Source: an uncultured Christensenella sp. (GTDB lineage Bacteria > Bacillota > Clostridia > Christensenellales > UBA1242). Taken from it: a stretch of DNA of 64,000 nt. This document shows, piece after piece, positions 20,982 through 31,826 of this stretch; the first letter of the stretch is position 1; each line of letters begins with the position of its first letter. The stretch lies in contig CAZMBC010000004.1 of NCBI GenBank assembly GCA_964564685.1, positions 23,382 through 87,381 on the forward strand. The letters run 5' to 3'. Made by a program: the position numbers and the translations under genes. Below the pieces are notes generated by a model. It saw nothing but the letters and a program-made list of their open reading frames with translations, did not search any database and was not told the origin of the DNA.

Positions 20982-22169
20982 TTATTTATTTTGAATAATA
21001 TCCACACCAGGTAAAATTTTGCCCTCAAAAAGTTTTAGGCTTGCTCCACCACCTGTTGAGATGTGAGTTATCTTTTTGGCATAGCCACTTTTTAACATGG
21101 CCTCACCAGTATCTCCTCCGCCAACAATTGTTGTGCCCTTACACTTTGCCATTGCTTTAGCAACAGTAAGCGTGCCATTGTTATATGCCTCATTTTTCTC
21201 ATCGAAAAATCCTACTGGGCCATTCCAAAGTACTGTTTTTGCGCGCTTGATTGTTTTATAAAATATCTTGGCGGTTTTAGGACCAATATCCAAGCCCATG
21301 TAGCCCGCAGGAACATCTATATCGTTAATAACCTTTCCAAAAGTATCGTTACTATTTTTACCCACGATATGGTCTACAGGAAGTACAATATTAACGCCTT
21401 TATGCTCTGCAGTTTTAAGAACTTCCTTTGCAAAATCAATTTTTTCCTCTTCCAAAAGTGACTCACCTATCTCATGTCCCATCGCCTTTAAAAAAGTATA
21501 AGCCATTCCGCCACCAATTAAAATGGTATCCGCAATATCCAACAAATGACTTACTATGCCAATTTTGTCGCTAATTTTTGCACCGCCCAAAACAACAACA
21601 AAAGGATGTTTAGGATTTTCTATTGCGCCACAAATTGCTTTTAGCTCTTTTTCAATTAAAAACCCCATGCCACTTGGCAAAATCTTTGCTACGCCATATG
21701 TGCTAGCGTGTTTGCGATGAGCTGTTCCAAAGGCGTCATTAATATAAACTTCTGCAAGTGAGGCAAGTTTTTTGCAAAACTCTGGGTCGTTGGCCTCCTC
21801 ACCCGCCTCAAATCGCAAGTTTTCTAACAAAAGCACATCGCCAATATTAAGTGCTTGCGACTTTTTAACACTATCCTCGCCCACAACATCTTTAGAAAAA
21901 ATTACCCTTGTATCTGGCAACAATTCCTTAAGGCGATTGTACACCGGTCTTAAAGTGTATTTACGGTCAAACTTTCCATCTGGACGTCCAAGATGACTCA
22001 TTAAAATAAGTTTTCCACCTTTTTCAAGTATGTATTTAATGGTTGGCAATGCCTCTATAATGCGGTTGTCATCCTTAATGGTTTTATCGCTAATAGGAAC
22101 ATTAAAATCCACACGAAGTAGTACTGCTTTGCCATAAAAATCTATATCTTTTAGCGTTATTTTTTCCAT
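20982..22169 (-). CDS. pgk: phosphoglycerate kinase
   Basis: LRVDFNVPI, GGGDTGEA and ISTGGGASLKLFEGK. Confidence 0.95.
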   Translation of the reverse strand: MEKITLKDIDFYGKAVLLRVDFNVPISDKTIKDDNRIIEALPTIKYILEKGGKLILMSHLGRPDGKFDRKYTLRPVYNRLKELLPDTRVIFSKDVVGEDSVKKSQALNIGDVLLLENLRFEAGEEANDPEFCKKLASLAEVYINDAFGTAHRKHASTYGVAKILPSGMGFLIEKELKAICGAIENPKHPFVVVLGGAKISDKIGIVSHLLDIADTILIGGGMAYTFLKAMGHEIGESLLEEEKIDFAKEVLKTAEHKGVNIVLPVDHIVGKNSNDTFGKVINDIDVPAGYMGLDIGPKTAKIFYKTIKRAKTVLWNGPVGFFDEKNEAYNNGTLTVAKAMAKCKGTTIVGGGDTGEAMLKSGYAKKITHISTGGGASLKLFEGKILPGVDIIQNK

Positions 22170-22324
22170 ATAAAAACTCCTAAAAATTTAATTAATTCTT
22201 GCTTAATATTTTTAAAAAGTAATCACATTTTTCATTAATATTATTATATATATATTCTTTAGTTTTAGCAAACATTATAAAAAAATTATACAAATTTCCT
22301 TAAAATTGTAACATTTTTGACAAA

Positions 22325-22358
22325 AAAATAAAAAAGTGATTAATAAATCTTAATCACT
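22325..22358 (-). terminator. rho-independent terminator after the dus gene
   Basis: Stem agtgattaa (22335-22343) / ttaatcact (22350-22358), with a T-run on the minus strand. Confidence 0.6.
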
Positions 22359-22365
22359 ATAATAT

Positions 22366-23292
22366 TTATAACACCTTTTCAAGTTCGGCCAAAACTTCGT
22401 CCAAACTATCCAGCATACATATCTTAACCTTAATATTGTTTGCATTTTTAACGCCCTTTAAGTAATACAAAATATGTTTGCGCATATGTTTAACTATAAA
22501 TTCGTTTGGGTAAAATTGTTGCAAAATTTTAATGTGTTGTTTAATGAAGTCCAGTTTAGTTAGGTTACAACTTTTCCCTAAAAGTTCGCTGAAAATAGCA
22601 GGATTTCCAAAACTACCTCTGCCAATCATAACTGCATCACAGTGGGTATATTCCAAAATATGCTTGTATGACTGCACGTCCACAACATCCCCATTTGCAA
22701 TTACAGGTATGTTAACACTTTGCTTAATTTGTTTAATTACTTCAAGATTAACCTGACCAGAATACATTTGTTTGGTGGTTCTGCCATGCACAGTTATTGC
22801 TTTTGCACCTGCTCTTTCACACATTTGGGCAAATTGCACTCCCACAATATGATTGTCATCTACGCCCAATCGAAATTTAACAGTAATTGGCTTATCTGTT
22901 GCAGAAACACAGGCGCGAATAATGCTTTCTGCAAGTTCAATGTTTTTTAAAAGTGCACTACCCTCTCCGTTATTGTAAATTTTTGGTGCAGGACAACCCA
23001 TATTAATGTCAATAATATCAAATTTTTTTAGTGCATCACTTTTACATGCCTGTGCCATAATATCGGGCTCACTTCCAAAAATTTGAACAACCTTAATGTG
23101 CTCGTCGGGCATGGTATGTAAAAGTTCAAAAGTCTTTTGGTTGTTATACGCCATAGCCTTTGCGCTAACCATTTCGGTTACTCCATAATCCGCCCCACAC
23201 CTTACACAAAGCGTTCTAAAGCCCACATCAGTTATTCCAGCCATGGGCGCTAGTATTAAGTTGTTTTTTAGTTTAATATTTCCTATTCTCAT
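22366..23292 (-). CDS. tRNA-dihydrouridine synthase
   Basis: LAPMAGITDVGFR, DINMGCPAPKI and ITVHGRTTKQMYSG. Confidence 0.9.
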   Translation of the reverse strand: MRIGNIKLKNNLILAPMAGITDVGFRTLCVRCGADYGVTEMVSAKAMAYNNQKTFELLHTMPDEHIKVVQIFGSEPDIMAQACKSDALKKFDIIDINMGCPAPKIYNNGEGSALLKNIELAESIIRACVSATDKPITVKFRLGVDDNHIVGVQFAQMCERAGAKAITVHGRTTKQMYSGQVNLEVIKQIKQSVNIPVIANGDVVDVQSYKHILEYTHCDAVMIGRGSFGNPAIFSELLGKSCNLTKLDFIKQHIKILQQFYPNEFIVKHMRKHILYYLKGVKNANNIKVKICMLDSLDEVLAELEKVL

Positions 23293-23363
23293 GTTAATAT
23301 ATTAGCACATATTTTTAATTTTTAAAGCGTTTATAAAAAAAATATTTATTTTGTTTATTATAG

Positions 23364-23397
23364 CAAAAAAAATCACGAGGCAAATCGTGATTTTTTT
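23364..23397 (-). terminator. rho-independent (bidirectional-looking) terminator after hup
   Basis: A-run, stem aatcacga (23371-23378) / tcgtgatt (23385-23392), then T-run. Confidence 0.65.
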
Positions 23398-23411
23398 ATT
23401 TTAAATAATTA

Positions 23412-23690
23412 CTATTTGTTAACAGCATCTTTTAAAGCTTTTCCAGCCCTAAATACAGGTGCTTTGCTTGCAGGAACATTAACAATTTCCTTAGTTCTTG
23501 GATTAACACTTTGACGAGCAGCGCGTTTTCTTACAACAAATTTTCCAAGTCCAGAAATAGCTACTTCTTGACCTTTAGCTAAAGCATTTGTAACAGCAAC
23601 AATTACCTCATCAACAACAGCATTAACATCTTTTTGAGTAAGTTCAAGATTTTCTGCAACAACTTTTACTAAATCCGATTTATTAATCAT
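23412..23690 (-). CDS. hup: HU-family DNA-binding protein
   Basis: 92 aa. MINKSDLVKVVAE...GLGKFVVRKRAARQSVNPRTKE...VPVFRAGKALKDAV. Confidence 0.9.
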   Translation of the reverse strand: MINKSDLVKVVAENLELTQKDVNAVVDEVIVAVTNALAKGQEVAISGLGKFVVRKRAARQSVNPRTKEIVNVPASKAPVFRAGKALKDAVNK

Positions 23691-23810
23691 TTTAAATATC
23701 TCCTTTTAGTTTATAGCCATATTATAGCAAAAAAACGCTAAAATTCCAAGTAAATTTACCCGTTTTTTAAATTATTTATTTTTTTCAAATTTTGTAGATT
23801 TTTAGTACAA

Positions 23811-24086
23811 TTATAGAGATATTGCTTGTTTTAAATTTTTGCCAGGTTTAAAGTATGGTACTTTTTTAGACGAAATCATTACTTTCTTTTTGGTGTGTGG
23901 GTTATAAGACATGCGCTTACTGCGTTTACGCACATCAAACTTTCCAAATCCTACAAGGTTAATGCTATCTCCTTTTTTAAGCGACTGCTCAATTATTGTA
24001 GTTAATGCTGTTAAACAATTGTGGCACTCTTTTTGAGTAAGTTTGCAAACACTACTAACCTGTTTTACTAATTCTGCTTTATTCAT
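23811..24086 (-). CDS. divergent second HU/IHF-family protein
   Basis: 91 aa. MNKAELVKQV...GFGKFDVRKRSKRMSYNPHTKKKV...PYFKPGKNLKQAI retains the arm Pro and the GFGKF motif. Confidence 0.75.
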   Translation of the reverse strand: MNKAELVKQVSSVCKLTQKECHNCLTALTTIIEQSLKKGDSINLVGFGKFDVRKRSKRMSYNPHTKKKVMISSKKVPYFKPGKNLKQAISL

Positions 24087-24137
24087 AAAAACTCCTTTTA
24101 AAATTGATTTTTATGATTATTATCCTAAATATCCAAT

Positions 24138-25874
24138 TTATACATTTTCTTTACGTTTTTTAAACAATTTTTTATTAGGCAAAAACTTTAGTTCGTATTT
24201 TGTAAAGCATTTTAATAAAAATATTAGCAAAAGATACACAACCAAACAAACAAGGCCCGTTATTGCTATGCATACCCAATTTTTTACAAACGGCCTTACC
24301 AGCATTTTTACTCCATACATAGCGCCAGCCGTAAATATTGCACATAAAAGAGGACGAATAAATCCGCGGTCTATTTGAAAGTTAAAATTTAGCGTTCGTT
24401 TAACAATTACACAGCATACGATACACGAAAATACTAAAAAAACTGTGTTGCTGATTACAATTCCAAACACATTTATTTGTGGAATTTTTACAAGAAAAAA
24501 ACATAATATTGTTCGTAAAATACATCCACCCGTTAACACAAAGAAAGGCACATAAGGCTTATTTGTTGCATTTAAAATGGAAATAAATGTACTTAAAAAG
24601 CAGTTATAAATTATACTTACATTACTAATTAACAAAAGTTTAATCGCAAAACCCATTTCGTCTAGTACGCGGTTGCTTAAACCGTTGCTATACAAAAATC
24701 CTATAATATCCTTTGATAGAATTGCAAAAACAAGCACCATTGGCAAAATTAGCATCCATGTTAATTTTATATAAAAACTTCCTCGCTCTGCCACCTCTTG
24801 TTTGCTTTTGTGCACTATTAACCCACTTAAATTGGGAACAATAGCAGTAGATAGTGCGGTTGTTACTATTACTGGTAACGAAATTAGTGATGCCACTACA
24901 CCGTTTGAAATTCCATATAAACTTGTTGCTGTTGTGGTAGAAAAACCTCCCGCAACAAGCAAATTAATAACCATAAAACTATCAATAAGCGAGGTCAAGG
25001 GCAATATTATTGACGAAAGCGATACAGGCAACGAACATTTAATCAAATTGGCAAAAGCCTGACCTTTAGAAAGGTAGTTATTATCCTTAAAAAAATGCAT
25101 AATTTTTAGTTTTTGAGTAGGTCTTTTTCTGCGTTTTATCTTTGTTTTTTTGTAAACATTTTTTGTTGAAAGTTTAGTTTTAAACTCTACCCTAACAATT
25201 TTTTCGTTTGTTGCGTCTAATACAAAAAACTTATAATCCTCTTTATGCTTGTACCAGATGTAGTTAAATGACATTATAACAAGGGTGATTGCCTCGCTTA
25301 TTGTAACGCCCAGTATAGCACCCAAAACGCCATACTGTACACCCATATAAATATATTTTGTTGAGAAATACAAACCCAAAGCCAGCTTTACAATTTGTTC
25401 AAAAATTTGTGCAATTGAAGATGGAATCATATTTTCAATACCCTGAAAATATCCCTTTATTACGGAAATTACTGTTGCGCAAACAAGCGCTGGTGCAATT
25501 GCAACGTATCCAATATATGCATTTATGTTCCCTTGTGCAAATGATATTTGTTTGCTAAAAAGCATTAAGATTAGCATAAAAAAAGTACTTAAGCCAAAAC
25601 TTAAAACAAGTGCACATTTAAAATACATGCTTTCATTTCGCTTGTTTTTGCCCAAACGCTGTCCCGCAACGCACTTGCTTAAAGCCAGTGAAATTCCGCT
25701 ACTGCTAAAAACAAAAAGTAGTGAATATATAGGAAAAATTAAGTAGTAAAGCCCCATGCCATTACTACCCAATATATTGGTAAGTGGTATTTTATAGAAT
25801 GCACCAATAACTTTGGCAATAACCCCGCCTACTGTTAAAATTAAAGCACCAATAATAAACGATTGTTTTTTCAT
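24138..25874 (-). CDS. SpoVB/YabM-like MOP-superfamily flippase
   Basis: 578 aa. MKKQSFIIGALILTVGGVIAKVIGAFYKIPLTNILG is the typical SpoVB-family N-terminus. ~14 TM helices. Directly downstream of spoVT, like B. subtilis yabM. Confidence 0.75.
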   Translation of the reverse strand: MKKQSFIIGALILTVGGVIAKVIGAFYKIPLTNILGSNGMGLYYLIFPIYSLLFVFSSSGISLALSKCVAGQRLGKNKRNESMYFKCALVLSFGLSTFFMLILMLFSKQISFAQGNINAYIGYVAIAPALVCATVISVIKGYFQGIENMIPSSIAQIFEQIVKLALGLYFSTKYIYMGVQYGVLGAILGVTISEAITLVIMSFNYIWYKHKEDYKFFVLDATNEKIVRVEFKTKLSTKNVYKKTKIKRRKRPTQKLKIMHFFKDNNYLSKGQAFANLIKCSLPVSLSSIILPLTSLIDSFMVINLLVAGGFSTTTATSLYGISNGVVASLISLPVIVTTALSTAIVPNLSGLIVHKSKQEVAERGSFYIKLTWMLILPMVLVFAILSKDIIGFLYSNGLSNRVLDEMGFAIKLLLISNVSIIYNCFLSTFISILNATNKPYVPFFVLTGGCILRTILCFFLVKIPQINVFGIVISNTVFLVFSCIVCCVIVKRTLNFNFQIDRGFIRPLLCAIFTAGAMYGVKMLVRPFVKNWVCIAITGLVCLVVYLLLIFLLKCFTKYELKFLPNKKLFKKRKENV

Positions 25875-25875
25875 A

Positions 25876-26424
25876 TTAATCCAACAGTTTGCTCATAATA
25901 CAGCTTAAAGCTTGTAAAACTTTAACATCTATATTAGAATATGTAGAATTTTTATCAAAACACAATAGCACGATTGTACCCTCGCAAACGCCGTCGTAAA
26001 TTATAGGGATTATTATTTGCGAAGTAAACTTAATTTCCTCCCCCTCTACCACAGGGTACAAAGTGGTTTTATTTGATGTACTCGCCGTATAATTTTGGCT
26101 TTCTAAAATGATGTTTTTAACCTCTGGGCTTAACTGCTTGTTTAAGTATGCCTTTTTAGATGTCCCCTCACACGCAACAATTTTATTGCAATCGGTTATA
26201 AGTGTTGGAAAGTGCAAGCATGAAAACACAACCTCACAAAAAACCTGCGCAATATCTGCAACAGTGTTAATAACATTATGTTTCCTTAGTAAAATATCCC
26301 CTTCATCAGTAATATGTATTTCAAGCGGTGTACCCTCTTTTATAAACATGCTTCGGCGGATTTCTTTGGGAATAACCACTCGTCCTAAATCATCAATTCT
26401 TCTTACAATTCCAGTATTCTTCAT
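25876..26424 (-). CDS. spoVT: stage V sporulation protein T (AbrB-family regulator)
   Basis: MKNTGIVRRIDDLGRVVIPKEIRRSMFIKEGTPLEI plus a GAF-like C-domain. The start is the ATG at 26424 (GGAG RBS), not the ORF-track 26475. Confidence 0.85.
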   Translation of the reverse strand: MKNTGIVRRIDDLGRVVIPKEIRRSMFIKEGTPLEIHITDEGDILLRKHNVINTVADIAQVFCEVVFSCLHFPTLITDCNKIVACEGTSKKAYLNKQLSPEVKNIILESQNYTASTSNKTTLYPVVEGEEIKFTSQIIIPIIYDGVCEGTIVLLCFDKNSTYSNIDVKVLQALSCIMSKLLD

Positions 26425-26528
26425 TATTTTCTCCGTATTAATTTTATTATTTAAATTTACGAAAAAAATATGCAATCAAAATAAAAAAAGCATGCAAAAC
26501 TGCATGCTCATAAATTGTAATTAAAAAA

Positions 26529-27338
26529 CTATTTCTTTTTTGTATTGCGTTTAGTTTCTGTTGGCTTCTTTTCAGTTTTTGGTGCTTCACTAACAGGATT
26601 TTCCTTAACTTCAGAAGCACTAGCGTTTTGAGTTTTATTTGCTCTTTTTGCTTTCTTTTGTTCATCAATTGTTAAAATTTCTTCAAAGAAAGTTGCGTTA
26701 CTGCTATGATAATACACAGTTATAACTGCAAACAAAATCATAAATACTAAAACACCTACTACACCCACTAAAACAGCTACTACAGGGGTTTTAGCAAACA
26801 ATGCAACAACTCCCCATCCACCAAGAACACCTGCAACAATCAATATTAAATATGCTAGCCAGAAAATGCTTTTGTAGGATAATAATGCTGTAACATTGCC
26901 GCTCATTTTGCTTTGGCTTAAGTACAATGCCTCGCCAATTGTTTTTGCCTTATACTTTTCTGCCATAAACAAGGACATTGAATAGTAGCAAATAAGTATT
27001 ACGCCTGGAACAATTAAAAGCACCGTTCCTAATAAGAACATAACAATCATGCTGACGCCTAAAAAGGTTTCTAACCAACCCGTTTTAACCTCGCTGTAAA
27101 TAAGCGCCAAGCTTGGGTTTTCGCCATTAAGAACTCCCCTCATAAAACGAATGTAACCTGTTTCCATAACACCAAACAAGAACACACTAATAGCCCATCC
27201 AGCATATGGAATAAAACAAAGTGCTATTAATGGTGCAAAAGTAACTAATGTTCCAAGAAATGCTTTTGCAAATTTGCCTTTTACTTTTGTTCCGGCTATT
27301 TTAATTAAGTCAAAACCATTTTTACTTAAAGTATTCAT
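26529..27338 (-). CDS. polytopic membrane protein with Lys-rich C-terminal tail (DUF975-like)
   Basis: 269 aa, ~5 TM helices, tail KKAKRANKTQ...KKPTETKRNTKKK. The family assignment is from memory only. Confidence 0.4.
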   Translation of the reverse strand: MNTLSKNGFDLIKIAGTKVKGKFAKAFLGTLVTFAPLIALCFIPYAGWAISVFLFGVMETGYIRFMRGVLNGENPSLALIYSEVKTGWLETFLGVSMIVMFLLGTVLLIVPGVILICYYSMSLFMAEKYKAKTIGEALYLSQSKMSGNVTALLSYKSIFWLAYLILIVAGVLGGWGVVALFAKTPVVAVLVGVVGVLVFMILFAVITVYYHSSNATFFEEILTIDEQKKAKRANKTQNASASEVKENPVSEAPKTEKKPTETKRNTKKK

Positions 27339-27484
27339 ACAAGACCTCCAAACATTTATTTAATAAGTTAGCCATAAAACAAACATTACTGTATTTTTAT
27401 TACTCTTAGTATAGCAAAATTTCCTTAAAAACCAAACAATTTTAAATAAGTTTTACAATTTGTCAAATCTTCTTTTCCATGTAA

Positions 27485-30112
27485 TTATGGTTGTACAATA
27501 TTAATTTTAACAGTTACACGCGCGCTAGTATCTGCAACATAAGGTTTTTCACTAGTGCCCGCCTCAAACAATTGCACATTTAAGTTAAAGCTTCCATCTG
27601 CCTGTTGGGTGTTTATTGTAAAGCTATAAGTAATGTAATTTTCGCCCGATTTTAGTTCACTGCTTTGTGCTTGGAACACCTCGTTAAGCCTGTAATCTTG
27701 TTCAGTAATAGAAACGCACGCCTTGCCAAAATTTGTTAGATAGTTATTAAGTGCAATAAGGTTGGCTTGTGTTTCATTTGCATTTTCAGTAACAGGCGTT
27801 CCGTTTTCATTTAAAGGTATAGACGAAATATAAAACTCTCCCGATTCACCCGGAGCAAATGTTATATTTGCATCAGCAGAATTTGCAAGCATAAATGTGC
27901 CACTTTGTTTAACATATACATACAAAGTGTCCAAGTATTTAGTCACGCTAATTTGCGCTGGAGTGTTGGTATATGTAACAACGCAGTATGCATTTTCAAA
28001 AACATTTGGGTTATCTACACTAGCAATACTTTTACTTACAACATCACCCAAGCCTTCAGACAAACTTGTTTGCATAACCATTGCAAAAAGCGGAATATTG
28101 TTATTAGAAGCATATTTTGGTGAGATTGTTAAACTGTTCCCCTCACCAATCAAATAAAATTCATTTGCATCATTGTATTTTATGCGCTCACCTTCCATAT
28201 CGCACAAAACAATTTTACGTTGTATTTCTAGCACACCTGCATTATCATACGTGCTATAAAGTTCATGTTCTTCCAAGGGTGATATAATATTTTCAATGCC
28301 TGCCAGTGCTGGAACAAACCACAACACACGTTTATATTCCATTTGACTAAACAACTCACCTTTGTTTAGGTCGTTAAAATTAATATCTACGCTGTTTAAA
28401 ATAATATTGTTTCTATCTGCATTGGTTAAGTCGTGATTTAGTGCAATTTTGTAAGATGTGTTGTCAAAAGCAATTGATGATTGCGTATATGTAATCCTAA
28501 CACCCATTGGTTGAGCATATGTATATTCAATATCACCATTATTTAGTATTGTTTGCAAATAGGATATTAAAACAACATTGGATGTAACAGGTCGCAAAGC
28601 CTCAAAACTCCATAATGTTTGATTGTTACTTAAAGATTTGTTAACTTTAATACATGTGTCGTCATACACATATGTTATGTTGTTAACATAAAGATACTTA
28701 AAGTATTCAAACCCATTAGTATTTACTGTTTTATTCTTTTCATTATCTCCCAAAAGTCCATAGTCAATATCTGTATTCACATATGGTGCAATCAGCACAT
28801 CTTTCATACGGCTTTTTAAAATTTCGTTATCTTCAGTAGAATTAGTTTCTGATTGTAACGACAAACCAAAATAGTTGTCATTTTCACCCTGCTCGTCTAC
28901 TGAAATAGTGTTAACATCAAAATTTTTAATGTCAAAAATATTTGCCTCAAAATTAATCTTTTCTGTATTAATTTTTGATAGCACAATATCCGAAATAATA
29001 AATTCCGCCTTATTTATTACAAAAATATAGTTTAAACTTTGTTTCAAAGTGTCTAAATCATCATTAGCAAATTCAATTAAGCCTGTATCCGGATTTGTAT
29101 TGTCGGCAAAGAAAAGTTCAGCCTCTTCATTTGTAGCAATGTAACTATAATAGGTGTTAATGAACGCGTTAAACTCACTAAAATCGTAGTCAGCAATATT
29201 TCCGTTCATAATTGTTTCTATCCACTCATCCTTAAAAGCGTTTTGCATAATAAATGTTTTGTGAGTAAACGTTGTAAACGAAACATCATTGCCTGAAGCC
29301 AGTGGATAAAACTCAAAAGTTTTATTTGCACTAGTGGTGTTATTTAACACACTATCCAACTTTAACTGTTGACTGTTTGATGTGTAATAGTATGTTTTTT
29401 TAAACGAAAGGTTATTTATAAATGAATTAGAAAACTCTACAAAACCTGCTTGGCAGTAATATTCATTGCTATTTTCTGCACTTAAATTTAAACTGCTTTT
29501 TGTGCCATTTAACTTGGTTACCGAAAGCGCATATTTGTTTCCTATCTTATTTAAGTCATTACCCGAAAGTGTTAGCTCTTTAAGTGGACTATCCACCAAA
29601 AGTTTTAGTGTTTGTTTAACAAGGCCGCTACTATCGGTAAACACTAATTCCACTTTTCCACCAATTGGTCTGCCTTCTTCGTCTTTTGCAAACTCCAAAG
29701 TAAAAGGTCGGCCCGCAACCACGGTCTTTGGTGAATTATTAAGAACATCTCTACCCTCTTTTATTTCTACTTTAAGAATTGTTTGATTTGAATCTTCAGG
29801 CTCGTAGGAAATGTGCGTCGTATAGTTTTTATCACCCACAATAAGCACCTCGTTACCCTGCACAAAAATACCATCGGTAGAGTTATCGCTAGCTGTGCCT
29901 TCTTCAATAGTAAGCGCTGTTATGTAAATAGGTTTTGTGCTAAATCCGCCCGTTATCCATGTTACCAATACTGCCAATACTGCCACACCAAAAATACCTA
30001 GCAAACTAAAACCAACAATTTTGCCAAATCTCTTTTGCTTTGCTTTTTGTTTTAACTTTTTTTCTTCTTTCGCTTTCTTCTCTTCAGGCGAAATGTATTT
30101 ATATTTTTTCAT
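27485..30112 (-). CDS. large N-terminally anchored extracytoplasmic protein, function unknown
   Basis: 875 aa. Lys-rich cytoplasmic N-terminus, one TM helix (IVGFSLLGIFGVAVLAVLVTWI), then an Asn/Thr/Ser/Tyr-rich ectodomain. Confidence 0.6.
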   Translation of the reverse strand: MKKYKYISPEEKKAKEEKKLKQKAKQKRFGKIVGFSLLGIFGVAVLAVLVTWITGGFSTKPIYITALTIEEGTASDNSTDGIFVQGNEVLIVGDKNYTTHISYEPEDSNQTILKVEIKEGRDVLNNSPKTVVAGRPFTLEFAKDEEGRPIGGKVELVFTDSSGLVKQTLKLLVDSPLKELTLSGNDLNKIGNKYALSVTKLNGTKSSLNLSAENSNEYYCQAGFVEFSNSFINNLSFKKTYYYTSNSQQLKLDSVLNNTTSANKTFEFYPLASGNDVSFTTFTHKTFIMQNAFKDEWIETIMNGNIADYDFSEFNAFINTYYSYIATNEEAELFFADNTNPDTGLIEFANDDLDTLKQSLNYIFVINKAEFIISDIVLSKINTEKINFEANIFDIKNFDVNTISVDEQGENDNYFGLSLQSETNSTEDNEILKSRMKDVLIAPYVNTDIDYGLLGDNEKNKTVNTNGFEYFKYLYVNNITYVYDDTCIKVNKSLSNNQTLWSFEALRPVTSNVVLISYLQTILNNGDIEYTYAQPMGVRITYTQSSIAFDNTSYKIALNHDLTNADRNNIILNSVDINFNDLNKGELFSQMEYKRVLWFVPALAGIENIISPLEEHELYSTYDNAGVLEIQRKIVLCDMEGERIKYNDANEFYLIGEGNSLTISPKYASNNNIPLFAMVMQTSLSEGLGDVVSKSIASVDNPNVFENAYCVVTYTNTPAQISVTKYLDTLYVYVKQSGTFMLANSADANITFAPGESGEFYISSIPLNENGTPVTENANETQANLIALNNYLTNFGKACVSITEQDYRLNEVFQAQSSELKSGENYITYSFTINTQQADGSFNLNVQLFEAGTSEKPYVADTSARVTVKINIVQP

Positions 30113-30137
30113 TCGTCACCTTAACAATGTATGTTTG

Positions 30138-30380
30138 TTACTTCTTGTTTTTGTTAGCAACCTTAATGGTTTTAGTAGGTTTTGGCGCTAACAACTCGTT
30201 TAACTTTTCTAGCATAAGTTCCACATCCACGCCATGCACCATACTTGCTTGCTCTAGTGTTTCCATTTGGCTAAACGGACAACTAAAACAATGCATGCCA
30301 AATCCCATAAGCACCTTATCTGCATTTTTGTGTAATTTAAGCGCTTCACCAAGCGTCATATCTTTGTTAAATTTTTTCAT
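30138..30380 (-). CDS. DUF1858-type small redox-disulfide protein
   Basis: 80 aa. MTLGEALKLHKNADKVLMGFGMHCFSCPFSQMETLEQA. Confidence 0.65.
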   Translation of the reverse strand: MKKFNKDMTLGEALKLHKNADKVLMGFGMHCFSCPFSQMETLEQASMVHGVDVELMLEKLNELLAPKPTKTIKVANKNKK

Positions 30381-30492
30381 AAATTTTTACCTCTAGATAC
30401 AATTATATATTTTTTTAGCAACTTAAGCAATTTATTTAACTTTATTGTTTGCATTTTGAATATAAAAATTATAAAATATTTTTACGAGGTGA

Positions 30493-31419
<927 letters not shown>

Positions 31420-31462
31420 AACGGCATTAATATTGCTTATAACAAAATATAAATATATTTAA

Positions 31463-31494
31463 CAAAAAAAACGGCTTGATTAAGCCGTTTTTTA
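31463..31494. terminator. bidirectional terminator shared by fba and the convergent 79-aa gene
   Basis: A-run, stem aacggctt (31470-31477) / aagccgtt (31482-31489), then T-run. Confidence 0.75.
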
Positions 31495-31731
31495 TTGTTC
31501 TTCAATAATTTTTTTAATTTCCTTTAAGTTGCTTAAAGTTAAATCATCACGTATTTCTTTATAAGCATTTTTAAAGGCAGTTTTAACACTATCAGAGTAG
31601 TCAGGATTTTTTACTGCAATGTCACGCATTTTTTGCGCTAATTCCACAACTTCTTCTTTAGTAGTAAATTCTCTTGCGCAAATAATTTGCTCAATTATTT
31701 CAAACTTATATATGTTTGCATTTTGTTCCAT
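31492..31731 (-). CDS. small helical protein, function unknown
   Basis: 79 aa from ATG 31731 (GAGG RBS). The ORF-track start at 31791 lacks an RBS. No TM helix or motif. Confidence 0.45.
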   Translation of the reverse strand: MEQNANIYKFEIIEQIICAREFTTKEEVVELAQKMRDIAVKNPDYSDSVKTAFKNAYKEIRDDLTLSNLKEIKKIIEEQ

Positions 31732-31826
31732 TATTACCTCGCTTAACAATAAATCTAAGTTTATTATATTACAATTTTTTAAATATTGCAATATCCTTTT
31801 TTATTATTTATGTTTGCGCGTGCTAA

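Noticed and set aside
26447-26668. 73-aa Lys-rich ORF overlapping the 3' end of the DUF975-like gene and the spoVT upstream region
   Set aside because: It is an off-frame reading of the Lys-rich tail coding region, with no RBS. The region is better explained as CDS tail plus the spoVT promoter region.
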